This document shows positions 1-8,503 of a stretch of 32,000 nt of DNA, piece after piece. The stretch lies in the NCBI GenBank assembly GCA_010202845.1, contig CP047921.1, positions 60,001-92,000 on the forward strand, read 5' to 3'. The notes beneath the pieces were generated by a model. That model was given only the letters and a program-made list of their open reading frames with translations. It was not told where the DNA came from and ran no database searches. Positions within the stretch are counted from its first letter, which is position 1; every line of letters starts with the position of its first letter. The translations under genes were made by a program, and so were the position numbers. Source of the DNA: Candidatus Saccharibacteria bacterium oral taxon 488 (GTDB lineage Bacteria > Patescibacteriota > Saccharimonadia > Saccharimonadales > Saccharimonadaceae).

Positions 1-455
1 TCGCACTGCATCTCTAGGGCGAGGTTGAGAGCGGCGGTATCAGTAGTCAGGAAGGGCCGGCCAGTGCCGCAGGCAACGATGACGATACGGCCCTTTTTGA
101 TATGACTAAGAGCACGGCGGAAGGTGTATTGGTCGATGAATTGATTGACCTCAACAGTAGAGAGCGCGCGGGTCGGTAGGTCGGCGTCATTAAAAACGTC
201 GGCTAGAGCGATGGCGTTCATTAGAGTAGAGAGCATGCCGATATTATGGGCCGAGACGGGCTGGATGCCGTGACCAATGATTTGGTTGCCGCGGACGTAA
301 TTGCCGCCGCCAACCATAATGACGACTTCGGCGCCGGTTTCTAGCGCTGGTTTAATTTGTTCGGCGATCCAACGAGCCCGCTTGGGATCGAAGCCGCTGG
401 CGAACTCGCCCTGGAGCTGCTCGCCGGAGAGTTTGAGAAGGATACGTTTGGTCAT
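1..455 (-). CDS. pyrH: UMP kinase, N-terminal ~151 codons; the 3' end runs off the window start
   Basis: Absent from the ORF track because it is truncated. The reverse complement of 421-455 reads ATG ACC AAA CGT ATC CTT CTC AAA CTC TCC GGC GA = MTKRILLKLSGE. The frame continues with VGGGNYVRG, GMLSTLMNAIAL and ACGTGRPFLTTDTAA, which match PyrH amino-acid-kinase motifs (E. coli KRILLKLSGE, GGGN, GTGNPFFTTD). Confidence 0.85.
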   Translation of the reverse strand, partial: MTKRILLKLSGEQLQGEFASGFDPKRARWIAEQIKPALETGAEVVIMVGGGNYVRGNQIIGHGIQPVSAHNIGMLSTLMNAIALADVFNDADLPTRALSTVEVNQFIDQYTFRRALSHIKKGRIVIVACGTGRPFLTTDTAALNLALEMQC

Positions 456-596
456 GGTATCAGTGTATCATATCTTGGTTTCTTAGCACCGACCTACTCT
501 ATTATTAGATGAATGGTTAGTAATAATGACGGCGGTTAGGGCGGTTTATTGTGTCAGAGGGTAGTGGTGGGGAGCACCATCAGATCCATTGATCTA

Positions 597-625
597 TTGA
601 CTTTCCCCCCTAAATCTGCTACCAT
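597..625 (+). promoter_or_regulatory. Candidate sigma-70-type promoter for the PP2C-domain gene
   Basis: TTGACT (597-602), a 17-nt spacer, then TACCAT (620-625). This leaves a ~65-nt leader before ATG 694. Confidence 0.35.
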
Positions 626-693
626 TCAAAACATAAGCTAGTCGGTAGCAAAAATGCCGACCGTCGTATCCCCCCCAGAAAGGAACCACCACA

Positions 694-2988
694 ATGCTCA
701 AAAACCCAAACCGCCCACCAGCACCCTCCCCTGAGTCTCTCGGCCCAGAGGCTGCAACCTCCTCGTCATATTCCCTAGACTCAGACGATCGCTTCAAAGG
801 AAAGCTTAATGCCAGTGACCTCGACGCCAAAGCACTCTTTGATCCAGCCCGACGAAAGCAACTGGAAGAAGCTCAACTCGCACAAGATGACTTGGAAGCC
901 TATCTCAACCAACGCCCCGACGAATACGGCAAAGATCCAAATGGCAACCTACTTCCATCCGAAGAAGACCTCTATAACCAAACCCTCAACGAAGCACGCC
1001 GTGAGCGTGAGGCCACGAGTCTCACTGACCTCGCAACCGCTGCCGGAGAAGCCCTTGCTCGTGGCGACAAGACTATGGCTGATGATCTCCAAGACGAGAT
1101 CCTCCAAAGACTCATTGAACGAGCCGAAACCTACGATCTAAGCCAAGAAGCCATCGACCAACGTATCCGTCAGCTTACTAAGATCATGGATAACGCCGAA
1201 AATGTCGCTAAAGAAAAAGCCACCAAAGCAGCCACCCAGCGAACCCTTTCTTTCCCAGCTACACCTCAAGCCCCAGAGTCTGCCCCGGTGACACAGTCCG
1301 AGCCAACCCAGACCGTGCCAACAGCTCCGGTGAAGCCGGTGCGGCCACGATCACCGCTACAGACTTCATCAGGGCCAGGTTTGGGGTTGGGACTTCCTCC
1401 GGTCCCATCTCGTGCATTAGCGTCACCAACGACTCCGCCACAAGATAGTGTAGAGTCAACACCGCTACCACCAGCCCAGAGTGCGCCGGGTGAGGGAGGC
1501 GCATTGAACATGCCGCCCACTTCTAATAAGGAGCTAACAATAGGAGAAATAACAGAACCAACCCTCCCAGCTCAACAGAGTCCAGAGAGGGTTAGTGAGG
1601 ATGTTAAGCTTATCACAATAGAAGAGGCTGCGCAGATAATGCAGGCTGCGCGTGTGTTAAACGGAAAAGATGCCTCCTCCGAGCTTACGCTACTCCAGAA
1701 AGACAAGAAAAGGAAAGAGGCCCTTAAGTGTATTAAGGTAATTATGGGTAGGCTTGAAGGCCTACCGCTAATTGGTGAAGATCCTGATAAAACTAACCGT
1801 AAGACGGGCTCTATCCCAAGCAGGCTTTTTGAGCAGATAACTAAGGCTGCGCAGGCATTAAGCATATTTGCCACTTCTCCCGAGGAGAGGCGAGAGGCGA
1901 TGAGAATCATTCGGGAAACTGTGGACGCTCTTGACAGCGGTGTAATTCGGGCGGGAGAAGTTGATACTGAGTTTGAAGGGCTGAGGCCGAGCAATATAGT
2001 GCGAAAGGGGCCAGAAGCTCCGCAGGAGTCGGAATATATGCCGGTTCCAGGGAGTAGCAATAGTGTCATTTTAGGTGATACGGTGACAAAGAGGGAGGGT
2101 GGTGTTCTCGGTGGTCTAAAGCGGGCTTTTGAGTCGCTACGAGAGCATCCTTATTTCAAGAATTTTCGCCGGCTTGTTGTCACGGATAAAGATATTTATG
2201 AGGGTAGAAATTCTTATGTAGATCGTCTACAGTATTCTCCTGCTGATTTGAATCGTGGATTGGCTGCTGGTGCGCATAGCATTGATAAGGCAGCAAAGAT
2301 AAATAGGGAATTCCCAGACAGTAGCGAGCAACCTAGTAAAAATGAGGATAGTTTGATCTCACTACCGAGTTCAGGGGTTTTTGGTGTTTTTGATGGAGTC
2401 GGTGGTGAGGTAGGAGGCAGGGGGGCATCTCATACTGCTGCGCGAGTACTTGAGCGGAAGTCGTCTGCAATGAGCAAGATTAAACAAACTACTTCCGAGG
2501 ACGTTGTGGAGTGGATGAGACGTTACTTCTCTGAGACAAGAAATACTTTAGATAAAAGTACGCGAGGTGATACGACTGGTGTCGTCGCGCGGTTGTATAT
2601 TAATGAGACCGGAGACCCAATGATATGTATAGGCCACCTCGGCGATAGCCGTGCTTATATTGTCGATAAAAACGGTTGGGCATCGCGGCTGACAAATGAT
2701 CATGGTTATAAAAACGTAATTTATAAGGCCATAGGGGAAACTGATTCAACAAGAGCGGATATTGTCATTGTTCCATTTGCAGAGGGCGATCGCTTGGTAC
2801 TTGTAACTGACGGTGTCACCGGTGACAGATATCCTGATTTAATGTCGACTGATGCAGTTGGTCGTATAGTGCATAGTTCATCATCACCCAAGAAAGCTGC
2901 TGAGCAGCTTGTAAAGGCATCTACAAAGTTGGATGACACGACCGCCATTGTGATTCAGCCCCCTGAATCTGCAGCTTCATTATTTTAA
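694..2988 (+). CDS. Large multidomain protein: acidic helical N-terminus, Pro-rich linker, helical middle region and a C-terminal PP2C/PPM-type Ser/Thr phosphatase domain (about 2350-2985)
   Basis: 764-aa ORF. The C-terminal 212 aa carry the ordered PPM motifs GVFDGVGG, GDTTGVV, IGHLGDSRAYIV, LTNDH, LVLVTDGV and DDTTAIVI. The N-terminal 550 aa have no recognisable domain. No signal peptide or TM segment is evident. The start codon is uncertain (weak AGGAA upstream of ATG 694). Confidence 0.75.
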   Translation: MLKNPNRPPAPSPESLGPEAATSSSYSLDSDDRFKGKLNASDLDAKALFDPARRKQLEEAQLAQDDLEAYLNQRPDEYGKDPNGNLLPSEEDLYNQTLNEARREREATSLTDLATAAGEALARGDKTMADDLQDEILQRLIERAETYDLSQEAIDQRIRQLTKIMDNAENVAKEKATKAATQRTLSFPATPQAPESAPVTQSEPTQTVPTAPVKPVRPRSPLQTSSGPGLGLGLPPVPSRALASPTTPPQDSVESTPLPPAQSAPGEGGALNMPPTSNKELTIGEITEPTLPAQQSPERVSEDVKLITIEEAAQIMQAARVLNGKDASSELTLLQKDKKRKEALKCIKVIMGRLEGLPLIGEDPDKTNRKTGSIPSRLFEQITKAAQALSIFATSPEERREAMRIIRETVDALDSGVIRAGEVDTEFEGLRPSNIVRKGPEAPQESEYMPVPGSSNSVILGDTVTKREGGVLGGLKRAFESLREHPYFKNFRRLVVTDKDIYEGRNSYVDRLQYSPADLNRGLAAGAHSIDKAAKINREFPDSSEQPSKNEDSLISLPSSGVFGVFDGVGGEVGGRGASHTAARVLERKSSAMSKIKQTTSEDVVEWMRRYFSETRNTLDKSTRGDTTGVVARLYINETGDPMICIGHLGDSRAYIVDKNGWASRLTNDHGYKNVIYKAIGETDSTRADIVIVPFAEGDRLVLVTDGVTGDRYPDLMSTDAVGRIVHSSSSPKKAAEQLVKASTKLDDTTAIVIQPPESAASLF

Positions 2989-3062
2989 TTACAGTTAGGT
3001 TAAGGACACTACCAAACGTTTAGTGCGAGGTGTTTTCTCGAGATTACTACGACGCCAAAAAG

Positions 3063-3071
3063 TGGTAAAAT
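3063..3071 (+). promoter_or_regulatory. Extended -10 box placed for a leaderless orn transcript
   Basis: TGG-TAAAAT (3063-3071), then 6 nt (AGAAAC), then ATG 3078. No Shine-Dalgarno sequence. Confidence 0.45.
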
Positions 3072-3077
3072 AGAAAC

Positions 3078-3632
3078 ATGAAAGCGAAATTCAAACCGCA
3101 GCGGATTTTGTGGCTGGACATGGAAATGACGGGGCTAGATCCGGTGGAGGATTTTCCGATTGAAGTGGCGATGATTGTGACCGACTGGGAATTCACCGAG
3201 GTTGCTCGTTTTGAGGGTGCTGCGCATTGGTGCAGCAAGAAAATGCAGGCACGATTTGATAAGAATAAGTCGTTTTGGTATGGCGATGGTGCGGCTGCAC
3301 GAGAGCAGCTGATGGCGCAAAACAAGATCACCAAGACAACCAAGGCGCAGCTCGAGCGCGATATTTTGGCATTTTTGGATGAGCATTTTGATAATGCACC
3401 AATTTTGCTGGCGGGTAATTCAATTCATCAAGATCGGCGCTTTATCGACCATTGGTTCAAGAAATTTTCAAAACGTCTCCACTACCGAATGCTGGATGTT
3501 AGTGCCTGGAAGGTGGTGTTTGAGGGCAAGTATGGCAAGAAATTTGCCAAGCCAGAGGATCATCGGGCGCTGGAGGATATTCGCGGTAGTATTATGGAGT
3601 TAAAATATTATTTGAAAAAGGTGAAGAGCTAG
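3078..3632 (+). CDS. orn: Oligoribonuclease (DEDDh 3'-5' exonuclease)
   Basis: 184 aa. ILWLDMEMTGLDP (Exo I DxE), GNSIHQDRRFI (Exo II), HYRMLDVS and HRALEDIRGSIMELKYY (Exo III H-x4-D). Length and motifs are typical of Orn. Confidence 0.9.
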   Translation: MKAKFKPQRILWLDMEMTGLDPVEDFPIEVAMIVTDWEFTEVARFEGAAHWCSKKMQARFDKNKSFWYGDGAAAREQLMAQNKITKTTKAQLERDILAFLDEHFDNAPILLAGNSIHQDRRFIDHWFKKFSKRLHYRMLDVSAWKVVFEGKYGKKFAKPEDHRALEDIRGSIMELKYYLKKVKS

Positions 3633-3720
3633 GTCTACCAGCTGGCATATTCATGGTCGCTGAGTTATTTGACAAGAGTGCACTTATCTGATAATCTCCT
3701 GATAAAAGGAGTTGACGGAA

Positions 3721-4434
3721 ATGTGTGCAATGAGTTCTGAGTTACAGCAATATATGACCGGGCTAACGAATGAGATTTCGCGCGGTCATTTTGATGAGGC
3801 TGTGCGGCTTGGTGAGAAAGCGCTGGCGATGAAGGAGTTGCGTGATGAAGGTAATGAGTTGTTACTGGGGGAGGTATATCGCAACATGGCCGCCGCGAGT
3901 GATCGTTTGGGTCGAAATGATGAGGCGCTTGAATATATTGATCAGGCATATGATATTCACGATACAGCGGTCAATGAGAATTCTGGAGTTGAGACGCTAC
4001 GCGAGCGGTCGGCCACGGCATCATATGTTGGTATATTTGCATTAAAGGCGTATCTATTGGCAGATAGTAGGGATGAAGCGTTGGCAGACAGGGCGCGACT
4101 CATGACGCGGCAAGCTGAGCAGGACATGGCAAAAGTAAATCAGCTTTCTAAAGAAGAGGACGCTGACCAGTATGAGATAAATATGGCATCTCGCTGGGGT
4201 ATGACCGAAAGTCTAGTGGGTGACAAGCAGCGAGGTTTGGCGTTGGCGGGCCGGGCAATCCGATCAGCGTGGCAATCAGAGCGGAATCAGCAAAAGGGCT
4301 TGACTGGGCGAGATGTCCTCAGGGCGCGAACACGAGCAGCGCTTCGTGGTATGGCGGCTGTGGCGGTAAATGCCGCAAGTCGATTTGGCGTGACGCGGGG
4401 TATGGCTGAGAAAATTGCTCTTAAGACATTGTGA
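3721..4434 (+). CDS. Hypothetical all-helical, TPR-like protein
   Basis: The ORF is open from 3712 (TTG). I prefer ATG 3721, which lies 9 nt after AAAGGAG (3703-3709). Upstream is TTGACA (3669-3674), 17 nt, TAATCT. The repeated helical pattern (FDEAVRLGEKALAM..., NDEALEYIDQAYDIH...) suggests TPR-like repeats. No family assignment is possible by eye. Confidence 0.6.
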   Translation: MCAMSSELQQYMTGLTNEISRGHFDEAVRLGEKALAMKELRDEGNELLLGEVYRNMAAASDRLGRNDEALEYIDQAYDIHDTAVNENSGVETLRERSATASYVGIFALKAYLLADSRDEALADRARLMTRQAEQDMAKVNQLSKEEDADQYEINMASRWGMTESLVGDKQRGLALAGRAIRSAWQSERNQQKGLTGRDVLRARTRAALRGMAAVAVNAASRFGVTRGMAEKIALKTL

Positions 4435-4443
4435 TTGTATACT
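4435..4443 (+). promoter_or_regulatory. -10 box placed for a leaderless transcript of the YjbR-like gene
   Basis: TTG-TATACT (4435-4443), then 6 nt (GAGAGC), then ATG 4450. It overlaps the end of the upstream gene (stop TGA 4432-4434). Confidence 0.4.
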
Positions 4444-4449
4444 GAGAGC

Positions 4450-4785
4450 ATGACCCATAAACAATTTGAAGAGTTCATCCTCAGTTTGCCCGGTGTGTGG
4501 CTGGATTATCCGTTTGGTGAGGATGTCGCGGTATATAAATTTGGCAAAAGCAATGAGGGTGTGGGGAAGATGGTGGCGCTAGTGACGGAGGGCTCAAAGC
4601 CACTCAGAGTTAGTCTGAAGTGCGATCCGCTATTGGCTGAGAATCTCCGCGAGAAGTACGAGACGGTGCTGCCGGGGTATCATCTGAATAAGAAGCACTG
4701 GAACACCATCATTTGCTCGGGGCAACTGAGTGATGAAGAAATTTTTGATTTGGCGCGGCTAAGTTATCAGCTGGTGGCGGAGTAA
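4450..4785 (+). CDS. MmcQ/YjbR-family protein (small putative DNA-binding fold)
   Basis: 111 aa counted from ATG 4450; the track ORF starts at TTG 4435. FILSLPGVWLDYPFGEDVAVYKF, LRVSLKCDP and PGYHLNKKHWNTI resemble the YjbR/MmcQ family signature. Confidence 0.7.
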   Translation: MTHKQFEEFILSLPGVWLDYPFGEDVAVYKFGKSNEGVGKMVALVTEGSKPLRVSLKCDPLLAENLREKYETVLPGYHLNKKHWNTIICSGQLSDEEIFDLARLSYQLVAE

Positions 4786-4858
4786 GTAAGGCAGCAGGGG
4801 TTAATCGCTGAGAAAAGTAGCGCTGATTTGTTCCAGCTGGTGACAGAGTGAATAAAAC

Positions 4859-5479
4859 TTATGATTTTTCCGAATCACCGGTGATCGCCATGAGCTGCTT
4901 GCGCACGTTGGTGAGGTCGGAAATGGTTTTCTCGAGAAAGTCAATTGTGCTTTTGCTGCGCGATCCCTCTTTGATACGATTCATCATCAACAGTGTGTCG
5001 GCCAGTTCGGTATTCATGGTGTAAGCATAAGTGTTGTCGAGATCAGCGTTGAGATAGGCCTCCTCAAATTTTTCCTCGAGTTTTGTTGGTGGGTCGAGCG
5101 CGGTGATGTTTTTGAGGTCTTTTTTGACGTCGATATTCTGGGCAGCGGCCGGTGTCTCGATGGACTTATTGGCAGTGGTGAGAACGGCAGTGAGCGAGCT
5201 ATTAGCGTCTTGGAGCTGGCTGGATTTGAGGCGGGAAGTAAATTTCTCGGAGACAGTTTGGAGTTTTTGCAAGCGGGCGACGAGATTGGTTAATGAAGGG
5301 CCGCGGGAAGCGTTTTGGGCGGCATTAATAATAAAGACCAGACCGAGCAGCCCGATGATACCGAGAACGAGCAAGATAATCTTTGACTTTTTATCAAAGC
5401 CCTGCGGCGCTGGCGGTGCAGAAATTTGATTGAGATAATCGATACCGGTTGGCACGTCATAGTCATTGTGTGGCTGCAT
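4859..5479 (-). CDS. Hypothetical single-pass membrane protein with a helical ectodomain
   Basis: The track ORF extends to 5782, but that extension overlaps dnaG and is Cys/His-rich junk. Met102 (CAT at 5477-5479) gives 206 aa: a short N-terminus, a TM segment (IILLVLGIIGLLGLVFIINAA), then a long helical region. A TGC-TTTAAT box lies 6 nt upstream on the minus strand. Confidence 0.6.
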   Translation of the reverse strand: MQPHNDYDVPTGIDYLNQISAPPAPQGFDKKSKIILLVLGIIGLLGLVFIINAAQNASRGPSLTNLVARLQKLQTVSEKFTSRLKSSQLQDANSSLTAVLTTANKSIETPAAAQNIDVKKDLKNITALDPPTKLEEKFEEAYLNADLDNTYAYTMNTELADTLLMMNRIKEGSRSKSTIDFLEKTISDLTNVRKQLMAITGDSEKS

Positions 5480-5485
5480 ACACCC

Positions 5486-5494
5486 ATTAAAGCA
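5486..5494 (-). promoter_or_regulatory. Extended -10 box for a leaderless transcript of the 4859-5479 gene
   Basis: The minus strand reads TGC-TTTAAT (5494-5486), then 6 nt (GGGTGT), then ATG (5479). Confidence 0.4.
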
Positions 5495-5517
5495 TAAACA
5501 ACAACAGAGGTAAAGAG

Positions 5518-5526
5518 TGATATAAT
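5518..5526 (+). promoter_or_regulatory. Extended -10 box for leaderless dnaG-rpoD transcription
   Basis: TGA-TATAAT (5518-5526), then 7 nt (AAAAATT), then ATG 5534. It is part of a 22-24-nt block that recurs upstream of ftsK. Confidence 0.5.
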
Positions 5527-5533
5527 AAAAATT

Positions 5534-7267
5534 ATGAATGATGCCAAGGAAGAGGTGCGGGCGCGGCTGAATATTGAGGATGTAATCGGCGAATATGTTC
5601 AGCTGAAGCGGGCGGGTCGTAATCTGAAGGGGCTCAGTCCATTCACTGATGAGCGGACGCCAAGTTTTATGGTGAGCCCGGAAAAACAGATTTGGCATGA
5701 TTTTTCTTCGGGTAAGGGTGGCGATATTTTTACGTTCGTGATGCTGGTGGAGGGGATGGATTTTCGCCAAGCGTTGGAGCATTTGGCGCGCAAAGCGGGC
5801 GTGGATTTGAGCTTGTTTTCCCGCGGTGATGGACGGACAGCCAAGCGGCGAGCGCGGGCGCGTGAGGCACTGAAATTAGCAGCGAATTTTTATCAGCAAA
5901 ATTTGGTGAAAAATTCGGCAGCACGAGAATACGCGGTGAAAAAACGGCGGCTGAATCGGCAGACGATCGGTGATTTTATCATCGGCTATGCGCCAGATCA
6001 GGGCGATGCGCTGACGAAGGCGCTGGAGAAGCGGGGGTTTTCGCGCCGAGAACTGGCTGACGCAGGGCTGGTTAATCGGTTCGGCGGTGATCTGTTTCGG
6101 GGACGGCTGATGGTGACTTTGAGCGATAGCAGCGGCGAGGTGGTCGGCTTTACGGGGCGAATTATTCATGATGATTCGCGCGCGCCAAAGTATTTGAATA
6201 CGCCACAGACATTGCTATTTGATAAATCGCGCCATATTTTTGGGCTGTATCAGGCGAAAGAGGCGATTCGTAGGAGCGACGCTGCGGTGATTGTCGAGGG
6301 GAATTTGGATGTGGTTAGTAGCCACCAAGCCGGCGTCAAAAATGTGGTGGCGACGGCAGGGACGGCGATGACGCTGCAGCATTTGAAGGCGCTGAGCCGG
6401 CTGGCGGGGCGGATTCGTGTGGCGTTTGATGGCGACCGGGCGGGCGTGAGCGCAACGGAGCGGGCGATCAATTTGGCGCAGGAAATTGGCGTGGAGCTAG
6501 AGGTGGTGAGTCTGCCGGATGACGTAAAAGATCCGGACGAATTGATCCAAAAGGATGCGTCGTTATGGAAAGCGGCGGTTGAGCGGGCGCAGCCAGCGGT
6601 GGACTGGGTGATTGCTCGGCACGCTGAAATGGAAGATTTGGCGACGGCCGAAGGCAAGCGGCGATTTTCGACAACTGCATTGAGAATCGTGCGCAGCTTG
6701 AAAGATCCGGTGGAACAAGAGCATTACTTGGCGGTAATTTCTAAAGAAACTGGCGCTAGTCTCGCGGCACTGCGAGCGAAGCTTGGTGCTGAGAGACTGG
6801 CGCCGCCCGCTCAGCTCAAAAAACCAAAGATTGAAAAGGTGACTCCAGGTAAACCTCGTGATGAATTAGCGGACATCGTCGTCGGTCTGGCGCTTAGTCA
6901 GCCATCAACGCGGCGCTGGGTCGGGGCGCTTGAGGCGGCAAGCTTGGACGAACCAGCTCGAGCAGTGGTGACGGCGCTGCAGACTGAGCCGCTACTTGAT
7001 CGAGAAAAATTGCCACGCCCCTTGCAAAAATTTGAGCAGTATGTGAAAATAGTACAGTTAAAAAGTGAACGCCGCTACATGGACTGGGAGCCAGAAGCTC
7101 TGGACAGTGAAATGGCGCGTTTGGTAAAGCAATTGATACGTAAACACCGCGACACAAAAAAACAACAATTATTAGAAGATTTGCGTGAGGCTGAGGAGCT
7201 CAGCGATGAGGCGCGGGCGCGCATCTTGCGGCAGCAGCTGAACGCACTGATTAAGGAGAATGCGTGA
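5534..7267 (+). CDS. dnaG: DNA primase DnaG with a degenerate (zinc-ligand-less) N-terminal zinc-binding domain
   Basis: 577 aa. The N-terminus aligns with the CHC2 zinc-ribbon region ([31 protein letters not shown]). The TOPRIM region carries VIVEGNLDV and FDGDRAG. It is followed by rpoD with a 4-bp overlap, the classic dnaG-rpoD arrangement. Confidence 0.9.
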   Translation: MNDAKEEVRARLNIEDVIGEYVQLKRAGRNLKGLSPFTDERTPSFMVSPEKQIWHDFSSGKGGDIFTFVMLVEGMDFRQALEHLARKAGVDLSLFSRGDGRTAKRRARAREALKLAANFYQQNLVKNSAAREYAVKKRRLNRQTIGDFIIGYAPDQGDALTKALEKRGFSRRELADAGLVNRFGGDLFRGRLMVTLSDSSGEVVGFTGRIIHDDSRAPKYLNTPQTLLFDKSRHIFGLYQAKEAIRRSDAAVIVEGNLDVVSSHQAGVKNVVATAGTAMTLQHLKALSRLAGRIRVAFDGDRAGVSATERAINLAQEIGVELEVVSLPDDVKDPDELIQKDASLWKAAVERAQPAVDWVIARHAEMEDLATAEGKRRFSTTALRIVRSLKDPVEQEHYLAVISKETGASLAALRAKLGAERLAPPAQLKKPKIEKVTPGKPRDELADIVVGLALSQPSTRRWVGALEAASLDEPARAVVTALQTEPLLDREKLPRPLQKFEQYVKIVQLKSERRYMDWEPEALDSEMARLVKQLIRKHRDTKKQQLLEDLREAEELSDEARARILRQQLNALIKENA

Positions 7268-8229
7268 ACAACGACCAGCAATACACCCCGACCAATGACG
7301 ATCCACTCGAGCCAGATTTGACGGCGGTACATGATGACGAGGAGATAGAAGACCTCGAGGCGTTGAGCGCTGGTCAGTATCTGGATGACATTTCGGACGA
7401 TTCGGTGCGGCTGTATCTGCGTGAGATTGGTAAAATCCCGCTGTTAAGTTCGGATGAGGAAATGGAGCTGGCGCGGCGGATCATCGAGGGTGACAAAAAG
7501 GCCAAGGACAAGATGGCTGAGGCGAACATGCGTTTGGTGGTGTCAATTGCCAAGCGGTACTCGGGCCGTGGGTTAGATTTTTTGGACTTGATCCAGGAGG
7601 GAAATACTGGCTTGCTGCGCGCCGTGGAGAAATTCGATCCGGACAAGGGCTTTAAATTTTCGACCTACGCGACGTGGTGGATTCGCCAGGCGATTACCCG
7701 GGCGATCGCTGATCAGGCGCGGACGATTCGCATCCCCGTGCACATGATCGAGACGATTAACAAGCTGGTGCGGACGCAGCGACGGCTTACCCAGGAGTTA
7801 AACCGCGAGCCGACGATGGAAGAATTGTCCAAGGAAATGGACATGGAGCCGGAAAAAATTGAGTATATCAACAAAATTCGGCAAGAGACGTCGAGTTTGG
7901 ACGCCGGTATCGGGCGTGATGGCGACGAGGAAGATTCGGTGCTGGGTGATTTTATCGAGGATGAAGATACGATTTCGCCAGAAGAATCAGCGACCAATCA
8001 GCTGCTGAAAGAAAAGGTCGCCGAGGTGCTGTCGAGCCTGTCTGATCGCGAGCAAAAAATTGTGCGCATGCGGTTCGGGCTGGACAATGGCGGCAAAAGC
8101 CATACGCTTGAGGAAGTCGGCCAACAATTTGCCGTGACGCGCGAACGAATTCGCCAGATTGAAGCCAAGGCTTTGGCGAAGCTAAGGAAGCACAAAGACG
8201 CCAAGAAGTTATATGAGTATTTGAGCTAA
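7264..8229 (+). CDS. rpoD: Primary (group 1) RNA polymerase sigma factor
   Basis: 321 aa. GTG start at 7264 with AAGGAGA 4-5 nt upstream, overlapping the dnaG stop (GTGA). Region 2 has [30 protein letters not shown]. Region 4 has [23 protein letters not shown]. The N-terminus is short and acidic. Confidence 0.92.
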   Translation: MNNDQQYTPTNDDPLEPDLTAVHDDEEIEDLEALSAGQYLDDISDDSVRLYLREIGKIPLLSSDEEMELARRIIEGDKKAKDKMAEANMRLVVSIAKRYSGRGLDFLDLIQEGNTGLLRAVEKFDPDKGFKFSTYATWWIRQAITRAIADQARTIRIPVHMIETINKLVRTQRRLTQELNREPTMEELSKEMDMEPEKIEYINKIRQETSSLDAGIGRDGDEEDSVLGDFIEDEDTISPEESATNQLLKEKVAEVLSSLSDREQKIVRMRFGLDNGGKSHTLEEVGQQFAVTRERIRQIEAKALAKLRKHKDAKKLYEYLS

Positions 8230-8497
8230 CTATCGTCCTTACCGCTGCTTAGCTACTGTTTTGCCGCGGACTAATGTGTACCCGGACGGGACCTTTCGTA
8301 GATCCAGTGGTGGTATGCCTCCTGTCTCTACTGGCTTCGTGAAAGAACGGGATTCCATGGGTGGTGTTTGACCTGATTGGTCAGCTTCGCCGCCGCTTGC
8401 CTGCATGGCGGTGTCACCTAGATCTCTCACCGTTTTCTCCGAGAGCGTTTCGGTGTTTAATGTTTGTTCAGGTGTAGATAGTTCTGCTTTGCTCAGA
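8222..8497 (-). ncRNA. Candidate structured RNA of unknown class (alternative: a 55-63-aa small ORF at 8239-8430)
   Basis: A near-consensus promoter lies directly upstream on the minus strand, and no minus-strand gene lies downstream. Terminal complementarity: 8477-8483/8228-8234 (7 bp) plus 8491-8495/8222-8226 (5 bp). Internal helix: 8415-8425 with 8300-8309 (10 bp, one bulge, one G-U that exists only on the minus-strand RNA). By eye I found no match to tmRNA, RNase P or SRP RNA. Confidence 0.35.
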
Positions 8498-8503
8498 AAT
8501 TAT

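Noticed and set aside
2989-3062. Small hairpins after the PP2C gene (CACTA...TAGTG, CGAG...CTCG) as a terminator
   Set aside because: The stems are only 4-5 bp with no convincing T-tract, so this is not distinguishable from chance.
5480-5782. N-terminal 101 codons of the 307-aa minus-strand ORF 4859-5782
   Set aside because: The extension overlaps the dnaG promoter and the first 250 nt of dnaG, and it encodes Cys/His/Phe-rich junk. Met102 (5479) is preceded by a correctly spaced TGC-TTTAAT box.
8239-8430. 63-aa minus-strand ORF (GTG start, or 55 aa from ATG 8406) as a confident protein-coding gene
   Set aside because: It has a GGAG 6 nt upstream of the GTG, so it cannot be excluded. However, it is short and low-complexity, and it uses AGA, CTA, CGA, ATA and TTA with A-rich third positions, unlike the housekeeping genes here. 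The region also shows long-range RNA-like complementarity. I kept it only as the alternative to the ncRNA hypothesis.
8228-8497. Assigning the rpoD-downstream RNA candidate to RNase P RNA, tmRNA or SRP RNA
   Set aside because: It has no GGAAAGUCCGGGC/ACAGAA P4 elements, no tRNA-like acceptor/T-arm with a CCA end, and no GGAAGCAGCC domain IV motif. The partial resemblances (GAAAGGUCCCGUCCGGG, CAGGUCA) are too weak.
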